DNA of 33,150 nt from positions 37,576,088 to 37,609,237 of the forward strand of contig NC_068996.1 of the NCBI RefSeq assembly GCF_001194135.2, in the 5' to 3' direction. Shown piece after piece: positions 23,714 through 33,150 of the stretch (position 1 is its first letter; each line of letters begins with the position of its first letter). This DNA comes from Octopus bimaculoides. Taxonomy: Eukaryota. A model generated the notes under the pieces. That model was not told where the DNA came from. It saw nothing but the letters and a program-made list of their open reading frames with translations, and made no database searches. Made by a program: the position numbers and the translations under genes.

Positions 23714-23970
23714 CTTTACTGGCCCTCTTTTGATGTTTCATTTTATTACCAGAGGCGCCACCTGCTTTTATGTCAGTGTATGAATCCTCAGCATAGCCTT
23801 TTCCAAACACACATACTTCTGAGGTTTTACTATGAGATCTGGTGACTGAAGAACTATCTGGCGACTGACTGACTTTTATGTTTTCATTTATATAATCATG
23901 TTGGTGTCTAGATCGTATTGAGTTATTCCTAGTCAAGTTTGGCTTGGCATCAAATAAAGACTCAGATGAC
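23714..23970 (-). CDS. Internal coding exon (SSESLFDAKPNLTRNNSIRSRHQHDY...MKHQKRASK), phase 2 to 1
   Basis: Acceptor tttttttaaatctaaag, donor AAG|GTAAAT, 257-nt open frame; phases match exons 29361-29180 and 8596-8483. Confidence 0.78.
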
Positions 23971-24227
23971 CTTTAGATTTAAAAAAATAATAAATAAAAA
24001 AGGAAAACAATTTATTCAAATGTAAAAATAAGTTCTGCCAAAAGACATTTCTTCTGTTCACAGGTTTGTGTTATGGAAAAACACAAATTAAAATATTTAA
24101 CAGCAATTTTTTTTATCAATTATTTATTCATGTTTGTAAATTTAAACAGAAAACCCATTTCTAAGATTCGAGAGTTTTAAGTGACTAAATGTATATTTCC
24201 TGAGTTTCAGATACAGAACCAGCTTAC

Positions 24228-24406
24228 TGGCAAATCACAACACCAGCGCCTGTTCTGGCACTGTTTCCCTCTATATCGCTGTGGTGGGGAGATGAGTCAC
24301 TGCTATCTCAAGCTGTTGAGTATCCAACATTGACAAGACCAAACAAGGTTGAAATCATGTGAACAGGTGGTCTTGGCAATGGAGTTGACAGGGATTTATC
24401 TTCCTG
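24228..24406 (-). CDS. Candidate alternative exon, phase 0 to 2, with an in-frame TGA at 24310-24308
   Basis: Acceptor ttgtttatattgctag, donor CA|GTAAGC; GC-richer than its flanks; QEDKSLSTPLPRPP...STA*DSSDSSPHHSDIEGNSAR... Confidence 0.4.
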
Positions 24407-24914
24407 CTAGCAATATAAACAAGCATACATTTTGCATCAAAAAGCCAACATGAGAGTTTCTCTCATGGCAGCTGCCACAGTATAGTTTGTTCTAACTGAA
24501 CACCCATGTTTAAGTGGGGATAAATATTACCTCTTGGATAAGAGTCAACTGACTGACAAAGAGTTAACCGTTTGTGTCCCATTAGTAGTGATACACTGTG
24601 CTCATAGCACTGGTTTAGTTTACTGTATATGCTATTGTATAAGACACGCTTTTTGTAATTTTTAAACATAACAAAAGATTTTCATTTGTCTAATGCAATT
24701 GTATTGTAGATGGGGACACCGAGTGTATGAGTGTATGATGAAATGTATAAAATTTGTTTTTTCCATAAAAAAGTAGGAGTTTGGTTTATGCAAGAGTGCA
24801 TTTTATGCACTGGAAAATGTTGTAAATGTATAGATACATATATAGAGTGGGGTGGGGCAGTTTAGATATTGAACCCTAATTAATATGGTAACATATCATG
24901 CATAAAATCACAGT

Positions 24915-24991
24915 GTGTATTTATCTATCTGTCTGTCTGTCAGTCTATTCATCCATCCATCCATTCATCCATCCATCCATCCATCCATCCA

Positions 24992-25030
<39 letters not shown>
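24915..25030. repeat. (TCTR)n-(CATC)n-(TG)n compound microsatellite
   Basis: Directly visible. Confidence 0.95.
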
Positions 25031-25509
25031 ATGCACACACTGTGCTTTTATGCATGACATGTTATCATACGAATTAGAGCTCAATATCCAAATCACATTA
25101 AACTGCCATATCATGACAGTGCATGTTTAACAGTGCATATTTGGATTTAAACTATAACACAGGAGAGAAGAGAGAAGCCTAATAACATTGAACAATTGAA
25201 GTGTTCTCAGAAAACAAGTTATCGATATTTCAAGCCTTTTATTATGGTCAATTCATTGATCTCATTAAACATTAATATATATTATTCAAAACAATTGTCT
25301 GGGAAAATATTTTTGCTTGAAATTTAGGAATTCTGAATTGCTCAGGTGATATAAGCAAAGAGTGATTGATACCTGTTGTCACATGCACTCATTGAACTAA
25401 CAAGACATAAATGATATCAATGATCTGCTCAGTTGGTTTTTCTAAAAGTAAAAGATATATTCTACAAGCTGAAGGTGGAGCTATTGGAAGAATAGTGATT
25501 AATGTCATC

Positions 25510-26010
25510 AAAATCAAACCAAATTCGACAACTGACAAAAAGCCAACCTCTCCTTCATTGGACACTAAACTTGGCTTGCGAAGACCTGTTGGGGCAAGCG
25601 AAATTGTGATGGCACCTGTACCAGTGGAGTGCTAAGAGCACCGTCTGAGCGTGATCATTGCCAGAGCAGCTGTCTGGCTTCCGTGCCAGTGGCACGTAAA
25701 TAGCACCATTTGTGCGTGATTGTTACCAGCGTCGCCTTACTGGCACGTGAAAAAACATTCAAGCGAGATCGTTGCCAGTTCCGCTGGACTGGCTCCTGTG
25801 CAGGTGGCATGTAAACTACACCATTTTGAGCGTGGCTGTTGCCAGTATCGCCTGACTGGTCTTCATGCCAGTGGCACGTAAAAGCACCAGCTGTAGAAAC
25901 TCTGCCAAATCAGATTGGAGCCTGGTGCAGCCATCTGGTTCACCAGTACTCAGTCAAATTGTCCAACCCATGCTAGCATGGAAGGTGGATGTTAAACGAT
26001 GATGATGATG
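25510..26010 (+). mobile_element. Non-coding RTE-3'-tail element with an internal repeat array and a (GAT)n tail
   Basis: Reverse-complement homologue of 4712-5310, with a roughly 40-nt deletion at about 25888. Confidence 0.85.
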
Positions 26011-26094
26011 AAAAAGAAGAAATTCATACACTGAGTTTTCTGTTTTAAGAAAAAGCTTTCACTTTTCATGTGAACTAAGTGGCATTCTGTTGTT

Positions 26095-26382
26095 TGCAAC
26101 AACTTGAGCTGATCAACAGAACAGCCTCCTTGTGAAATTAACATGCAAGTAGTTGAGCACTCCACAGATATGAATACCCTTAACATGGTTCTCAGGGAGA
26201 TTCAGCATGACACAGGATGTGACAAGGCTAGCCCTTTGAATTACAGGGACAACTCATATTTGCCAGCTGAGTGGACCAGAGCAACGTGAAATAAAGTGTC
26301 TTGCTCAAGGACACAACACACCACCAGAAATCGAACTCACAACCATGAGCCTAATACCTTAACCACTGAGCCAGGCACCTTC
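26095..26382 (-). mobile_element. tRNA-derived SINE (family B head, tail variant 1)
   Basis: A box ggctcagtggtt, B box gagttcgatt, core ccttgagcaagacactttatttcac. Confidence 0.8.
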
Positions 26383-26588
26383 ATATGAAAGCCATCCTAT
26401 AGGTGAAAGAAATGTAATGATGCATGCAAGAGAAAGAAGACTTATTGTAATTGAAAAGGAATGCATTGAATATGAGCGATAGGATGTGCGATGTTAACTG
26501 AAATGACAGGCTGAATGTATGTCAGTAAAAAATTTAACTGGACATCAAAGGTACTACTTTCCATGTCCATTTACATGAATTTTTCAAT

Positions 26589-26885
26589 AAGCTTGCTTCC
26601 CAACCACATGGTTCTGGGTTCAGTCCTACTGCATGGCACCTTGGGCAAGTGTCTTCTGCTATAGCCTAGGGCCAACCAAAGCCTTGTGAGTGAATTTGGT
26701 TGACAGAAACTGAAAGAAGCCCACATGGTTCCAGATTAAGTCCCACTGTGTGGCATTGGCAAGTGTCTTCTACTATTGCCTGAGAGTAGATTTGGTAGAC
26801 GGAACCTGAAAGAAGCCTATCAGGAATGTGTGTGTGTGTGTGTGTGTGTGTGTGTCTTTAAGTCCATATTTGTCCCACCACCACC
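26589..26885 (+). mobile_element. Tandem dimer of the SINE family A 5' half, then (TG)n
   Basis: Units start at about 26589 and 26721 and both end in ctgaaagaagcc; the second unit has an internal deletion. Confidence 0.8.
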
Positions 26886-27036
26886 ACTACTGGCATTCTA
26901 GGTCCCTGGACAAATTAGTGCACTGGACCCTAATATGCATAGATTAGAATTGACCCCTAGACCTGTGCCCAAACCTTGATATGGCACTGGATATAACAAA
27001 GGAGATGTTATACTACTAAAAACAGATATGTTTTAA

Positions 27037-27467
27037 CCCTTTAGCATTCAGATTACCCTGTCAAATGTAATACTTATTTATTCACATTCTTTTGAATAAA
27101 TCATGCATTATCTCATAGCTTTGAAATTTCAATGATGTGATTGTTTATTTTTAGAATGACATTGTAGGGTAGGTATGAGGGACTGGATCTGGTCAGTTTC
27201 AACATAAAGTAGATAGAATATTTGAGCTGGGTATGTCTGGTTTAAGCCTTTAACATTCAAATTACTCTGTCAAATATAATGCTTATTCATTCACATTGTT
27301 TTCAATTAATCAGACATGATCTCATAGCTTCAAGATTTCAATGATGTGATAGTTTATTTTTTTGAATGGTATTGTAGGATAGGTGTGAGATGTTGGATCT
27401 GACCAATTTGAACATAAAAAGAGGCAGAATATTTTGGCCGAATATGGCTGGTTTTAATGCTAAAGGG
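27037..27467. mobile_element. piggyBac-type MITE (head-to-tail dimer) flanked by TTAA
   Basis: TTAA|CCCTTTAGCATT ... AATGCTAAAGGG|TTAA, perfect 12-bp TIRs; a roughly 210-bp unit is repeated from about 27246. Confidence 0.9.
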
Positions 27468-27654
27468 TTAAGTGACTTTCATTCTGCTTGAATGATGGAT
27501 CAAAGATTAAAACAAAACATATTTGTTGGTATAGATGCAATAAGCAATGTGTTCAAGAGGTACAGTGGCAGTGAGATTAATTACTGAATTGCTAATCTCA
27601 CAGCAAAGCAAGCTGATCTTGGTATAGCCATTTTAATATATATTGTCTCTAGGG

Positions 27655-27994
27655 TAAAGAGTAAAGACCCCCATTGGTCATGAACGGCCATGGGATTGCA
27701 CCTAGAAAGTTCCCCTTCACAAGTCCAGGCAAGGTTGTTTATGGAAGACCAGTGGTCATCAATGCATACCACCCTCCCCTCTCCACGCCACCAGTGTTAT
27801 CCAAGGGAAAGGCAAAGGGGCTGATACAGCTTGGCACCAGTGATGTCGCAACTCATTTCTACAGCTGAGTGAAGTGGAGCAATGTGAAATAAAGTGTCTT
27901 GCTCAAGAACACAACATGCAGCCTGGTCTGGGAATTGAACCCACTACCTCACGATTGTGAGCTTGATACTCTAACCACTGAGTCATGCACCTTC
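27655..27994 (-). mobile_element. tRNA-derived SINE (family B head, tail variant 2)
   Basis: Head gaaggtgcatgactcagtggttagag..ggttcaattccc and the same core as 26095-26382, but a different 3' body. Confidence 0.85.
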
Positions 27995-27997
27995 TCT

Positions 27998-28070
27998 GCA
28001 GTATTAGCTCAGATGGTAGAGTACTAGCTTTGCATGCAAGAGATACTGGGATCGATTCCTGTGTTTTCTA
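27998..28070 (+). pseudogene. tRNA-Ala(TGC) pseudogene
   Basis: 73 nt: TAGCTCAGATGGTAGAG D arm, anticodon TGC at 28031-28033, T-loop ATCGATT typical of eukaryotic tRNA-Ala. Acceptor and T stems carry several mispairs. Confidence 0.8.
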
Positions 28071-28380
28071 GTAATGTTGTCTCTATGTAAGACATAACTC
28101 TGCTTGCTTCAGCTTTCCTTATTAGCAGCAGGTTCTGACCATTATTAAGGTTCAATGGTTACTTTTAGAATATAATGGTTACTCTAATAGGAAAAGCAAC
28201 TACTAATGTAAAAAATTATCCCAACTATTTTAGATTTCTTTGGCAGAAGAAGAGGATTTATAGTTCATCTATGGATTTGAATACATGTGTTTTTTTTAGG
28301 TAACTATGTCAAATATTTGATATCGTGTATAGTGTCATGTCTTATTAAGAAATTGTCATTGAAATTAATGAGAAATAATC

Positions 28381-29155
28381 TTTTCTACTATAGGCACAAG
28401 GCCTGAAACATTGCAGGGTGGGGCTAATCAATTACATTGCCCCCCAGTGCTTGATTGGTACTTATTTAACCCTTTGGAGATGGACCCTCATTTGGAGTTT
28501 CGGTGCCAAGTAAACAGAGCCCTTTTCACAAATCCTATAGAGGGCATACAATTATTTTTTAAATGAGATTCTATGTGAAAAGCAGCATAAAATATTCTTC
28601 TGGGATGCTTATACCTTGTGGCATATTTCTAGACCCTATATTTTCTTAGAATTCTCTATCTAGTTCAGTATCCCTAATCCTAAGCCAAGGGTTCACAACA
28701 TTATCATCACCATGTTTATTTTGATTGTCTCCATTACTTTCCTGGTCATTTTCACTAGTTTCAGAGTCATTCACTGCTAGGCTGGGAGAAATCAGACTCG
28801 CTAAGAACATTTTCATTAGTGTCACTGCTGGACATGTTGAAATTTCACGATGCTCACTTGGAACACAAAAATATCAATGTAAAATCACAAAACACAGGAA
28901 ACTATCATGGAAGCCACCATTGAGAAGCCCAGATGAGCAAGAAATGTGAGAAGCAAGCTAACCTCAATGCTTGTATTATTGGGCTGACGGATCAGCCCAG
29001 TCATCTTTGTCGTATGACATTTTGGCCAATGGATTGGCCATGTCATCTCCTAAGGGTTAAACAACTCCAAAACAATGAAAGGCAAAGTTAGTCCAAGCAG
29101 AATTTGAACACAGAATGTAAAGATGGCATGCTAACAATTTTGCCAGCTTGCCACC
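28381..29155 (-). mobile_element. SINE family C copy split by a MITE at 28470-29056
   Basis: The flanks rejoin to a sequence colinear with the intact copy at 30168-30380. Confidence 0.75.
28470..29056. mobile_element. piggyBac-type non-autonomous element (587 bp), TTAA TSD
   Basis: TTAA|CCCTTTGGAGATG ... CATCTCCTAAGGG|TTAA (13-bp TIR, 1 mismatch). Confidence 0.85.
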
Positions 29156-29179
29156 TAATTCATAAGAGATAATACTTAC

Positions 29180-29361
29180 AGTTTTGTTGTTAAACTGTCT
29201 TTCTTCTTCAAGTCATCTTTTTTATCATGAAAATCACTCCAGTGTTCTCTCTCACTGGAGCTGAAACTCTGGAACATGTCTGCAGAGTTGCTACTTTTCT
29301 CCAGTCTTTCAGCTCGTCTTTTTGAAGCACTGTCTCTTATGTTTTTCAAAGAGCTTTGCAT
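29180..29361 (-). CDS. Internal coding exon (MQSSLKNIRDSASKRRAERLEK...KKKDSLTTK), phase 0 to 2
   Basis: Acceptor tttgttttccaacattgctag, donor CT|GTAAGT, open frame; phases match both neighbours. Confidence 0.82.
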
Positions 29362-29451
29362 CTAGCAATGTTGGAAAACAAAAAAGAAATTAAAGAGCAA
29401 CTAAAATTATAATAAAAATATGATTTCATCTCCATGATCATCACTGACACT

Positions 29452-30100
29452 AATTTCTACTAAAAGTAACACAAGGCCATGCATTTTAGGTGATGGTATA
29501 GTCGATTAACCCTTCATGGGCCAGCAGGGTCCCTTGAGACCCCAGCATTTTTTATTTAAATGATTCTATGTCTCATGACTTTAATTGTCAATAGTTTATG
29601 TATGCACATCCAAATTTTTGAGTTAAAAATTTCCAGTCATATGGATGTTATAGCATAAAATATGGTCATTGGGGTCCAACTGGACATCATTGGCCTTCTG
29701 TGAAATTATTTTTTTCTCTTCTATTTGCAGATAATCTGATGAACTGTAAGTCAATTTTCTTCATATTTGTACTGGTATAAATCGATATACTTTTTTTCTT
29801 TTTGTTATATTTTAAATTTAGTGCTCCATGTATAGTTTATAAACTATAAAAAAAAGTTCTAAATTTCTCATACTGTATCATGCACATGCACATATACAAG
29901 ATTAAACTAATATTACTTTATGGATAGTGTAGAAATGCACAAAAATAAAAGGGGACCCCAATGGCCTTTTGTGTAATTCCAACCCTGTCAGCCCACAAAA
30001 GTTAAACTTACTACCAGTGCTCAACTGGTTCTTTATTTTATTGACCCCAAAAAGATAAAAGACAAAGCTAACTTGAGGTTTAAAATCAGAAAGCAAAGAG
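29452..30100 (-). mobile_element. SINE family C copy split by an older MITE at 29510-30001
   Basis: gtcgattaa | aacttactaccagtgctcaactggt rejoin to the family sequence. Confidence 0.65.
29510..30001. mobile_element. Older piggyBac-type MITE with degenerate TIRs, TTAA TSD
   Basis: TTAA|cccttcatgggccagcaggg versus the right-end reverse complement TTAA|cttttgtgggctgacaggg. Confidence 0.6.
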
Positions 30101-30167
30101 GTATAATTAAATTCAGATGACACTTATTCCATTGCTCAATCAATGTTTTCCTATAATCACTAATAAT

Positions 30168-30380
30168 GGTTTCAAATTTTGGCACAAAACCTGAAATTTC
30201 AGGGTAGGGTCTAAGTTGATTACATCGATCCCAGTGTTTAACTGGTATTTATTTTATTGACCCCAGAAAGAATGAAAGCAAAGCTGATCTCAGCAGAATT
30301 TGAACTCAGAACGTAAAGATGGGTGAAATCCCAGCAAGTGTTTTGCCCAGCATGTTGACTATTCAGCCAGCTCCCCACCT
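30168..30380 (-). mobile_element. SINE family C, uninterrupted copy
   Basis: tRNA-like head with B box gagttcaaatt on the minus strand; homologous to the two split copies. Confidence 0.8.
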
Positions 30381-31402
30381 TCCTATGATTATTAATATTA
30401 CCACCAAAATTTTAATGGTCTTTAACAAAGTTAAGGATTTTTGCTCAAAAAGTGTTCGTATTCTTCTATTGATGAACAATCAACCAAGCCATTCATTATC
30501 ACAATGCTCACCAATTCCATTAACACTCACTTCTAAAAATAAAAAAAATCAGTGCTAGGAAAACCAATGCTAGGAAAACCAATGCAATCAGCCAATTTGT
30601 CTGATATCACAATCAAATCCTACTCAGTAAAATAGCAGAATTCTTTCTCTCTAAAACTGAAACCACATGCCGTAAATTTTTGGGACAGTATGTTTAAATA
30701 TGTATAAAATCAAAGCAATAGCAATCACAATATCCAAGTTAATGATGATTGAAGACAAACCAATGGACATGTGTCTTCAATGTGGGTAGTACAAGTCTGA
30801 ATAGGTATCTCTTTATACCAAAGCCAGTTCAACAAGGACCGATCAGGTATATATATACTCAACAAGCAGAACAACAACAGATACTACTACTACTACTACT
30901 ACCACCACCACCACTACTACTACTTCCTTCCACCTAAGCTTCAGGAGGGAATCCCTCCAACTTAATGGTTTCCACTCCATATAAATCTGATAGCTGGGGG
31001 TTGTGAGCATCCCGACTCCTGCTTGTGCAGATAAAGTTGACGTAACACCTGAATAGTGGAGTTTCCACCATTCATTTAAAACTATGGTACCAGAGCCATG
31101 TAAACTAATAGAGAAGACACTGACTATATCTAGCTGAGTAGCATTTGGCCTCCTCCACTAGTTCCTACTCATAAATTGTAAGGATTGTGATGTCTCAATT
31201 CCTAATCATTAATGGTCGATTACCTCCTGAGGAACACCTGCTACTGCTGCTGCCAAAAGCACCACCAACACGAGAAAGCATAACCAACAATCCAACCCAC
31301 ACCAAAGCTAATGCCATCTCTAGGACAATAAACATTTCCTATCATATTTTATTCCTGTCTTTGTGCTATGCTATGAATCAGAAGATTACTGCATATACTA
31401 AC

Positions 31403-31575
31403 CTCATCAGGAGTACCAAATGCAGTATAGGAAGAGTGATTGATATCAGGAGAGTTGGAAAATAATTGCATTTCACTGCGACTGCTGCTACTGCTGCTGC
31501 TGCAACTGCGGCTGGAAGCAGATCCTCGTGCCAAAGCTGGTTTCATGGGTATGGGCGAATCATCCACATCTTTTG
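31403..31575 (-). CDS. Internal coding exon (KDVDDSPIPMKPALARGSASSRSCSSSSSSSRSEMQLF...AFGTPDE), phase 1 to 0
   Basis: Acceptor ggtaattatag, donor GAG|GTTAGT, open frame; phase matches the next exon, 29361-29180. Confidence 0.75.
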
Positions 31576-31645
31576 CTATAATTACCATATTGACAAATAA
31601 AATATTCCCAATTAAACACATTCATGATAAATTCACCATTATGAG

Positions 31646-31686
<41 letters not shown>

Positions 31687-32343
31687 NNNNNNNNNNNNNN
31701 NNNNNNNNNNNNNNNNNNNNNNNNNNNNNNNNNNNNNNNNNNNNNNNNNNNNNNNNNNNNNNNNNNNNNNNNNNNNNNNNNNNNNNNNNNNNNNNNNNNN
31801 NNNNNNNNNNNNNNNNNNNNNNNNNNNNNNNNNNNNNNNNNNNNNNNNNNNNNNNNNNNNNNNNNNNNNNNNNNNNNNNNNNNNNNNNNNNNNNNNNNNN
31901 NNNNNNNNNNNNNNNNNNNNNNNNNNNNNNNNNNNNNNNNNNNNNNNNNNNNNNNNNNNNNNNNNNNNNNNNNNNNNNNNNNNNNNNNNNNNNNNNNNNN
32001 NNNNNNNNNNNNNNNNNNNNNNNNNNNNNNNNNNNNNNNNNNNNNNNNNNNNNNNNNNNNNNNNNNNNNNNNNNNNNNNNNNNNNNNNNNNNNNNNNNNN
32101 NNNNNNNNNNNNNNNNNNNNNNNNNNNNNNNNNNNNNNNNNNNNNNNNNNNNNNNNNNNNNNNNNNNNNNNNNNNNNNNNNNNNNNNNNNNNNNNNNNNN
32201 NNNNNNNNNNNNNNNNNNNNNNNNNNNNNNNNNNNNNNNNNNNNNNNNNNNNNNNNNNNNNNNNNNNNNNNNNNNNNNNNNNNNNNNNNNNNNNNNNNNN
32301 NNNNNNNNNNNNNNNNNNNNNNNNNNNNNNNNNNNNNNNNNNN

Positions 32344-32385
<42 letters not shown>

Positions 32386-33038
32386 TATACATATTATAAT
32401 GGAGTATGGAGAATTATACATCTTCAGAATTTATTTATTAAAAGTATTTTCTTCGTATTCCATTCCAACACATGTTTCAGTTGGATAAGTGTCCCAGAGT
32501 TTTTTGATATAACAGTTATGTGCATTTAGCAGATTATATTTAATCAATTGCAATACATACAAATCCAAAAGCTGAGAATCATACACAGCTTTATTCAAAG
32601 TGTTAACCATATAAGTGGGTGAAGCAAATAGGTGAGCTTGTTTCACTCATCTGTATGAGTTGCTAGAAATAGTAACCAAATCCCACTCAAAGCAAACTCT
32701 AAAATTTTGAAAATGGGAAGGACAAATTTGATGATGCTGCCTTAGATACACAATGTCTGGATTAATAATGGAATCATTAAATCTGATGCATGAAATTAAA
32801 AATGTGCACCAATTAGTAGTACTTGTAATTTTAAGAATTTGTGAGAAGGGAAAAAAAAAAAACTGTAATTTAAAAAGAAAAATTATTAAATTTTTAAAAA
32901 GTTAATAAGCAAAGGAAAACAACTCACTATTGATTGGAAATAACTTTGATCGGGAATGCTTTGACAAATCTTCATGACTTTTGCTACTTGCCCAAAATGC
33001 TTTGTCTTTAGAATCTAAAAAATATTTTCAGATATATT

Positions 33039-33069
<31 letters not shown>

Positions 33070-33070
<1 letters not shown>

Positions 33071-33150
33071 CATCATCATCATCATCATCGTTTAACATCC
33101 GCTTTCCATGCTAGCATGGGTTGGACGATTTGACTGAGGACTGGTGAACC
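33070..33150 (-). mobile_element. 3' end of a young RTE-tail element running off the window
   Basis: (ATC)n then gtttaacatccgctttccatgctagcatgggttggacgatttgactgaggactgg, nearly identical to 4712-4780. Confidence 0.85.

Noticed and set aside
31440-32421. ORFs of 256-319 aa, including a plus-strand signal-peptide-like Leu run
   Set aside because: Gap and (TA)n artefacts; the Leu run is the antisense of the poly-Ser exon.

Overview
AT-rich, repeat-dense eukaryotic genomic DNA with five assembly gaps (13094-13593, 14277-14906, 19977-20138, 21409-21514, 31687-32343). The repeat families resemble those I associate with octopus/coleoid genomes; this is inference from memory, not a search. Five minus-strand exons with canonical AG/GT ends and matching intron phases (31575-31403, 29361-29180, 23970-23714, 8596-8483, 6648-6452) encode a Ser-rich, probably disordered stretch of a large protein I cannot name. 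A further candidate alternative exon at 24406-24228 contains an in-frame TGA. The introns hold a 5'-truncated RTE LINE whose RT carries an inserted C4HC3 PHD finger, several short copies of the same 3' tail, a small Ty3/Gypsy LTR element (4-bp TSD, tRNA-Trp PBS duplicated along with the LTR end), three TTAA/piggyBac-type MITEs (two nested in SINEs), a Helitron-like element, pogo, CR1/L2-like and Penelope relics, three tRNA-derived SINE families, a tRNA-Ala pseudogene, and a near-perfect 366-bp palindrome centred on an AP-1/MARE-like site. Most ORF-track entries are microsatellite or gap artefacts.
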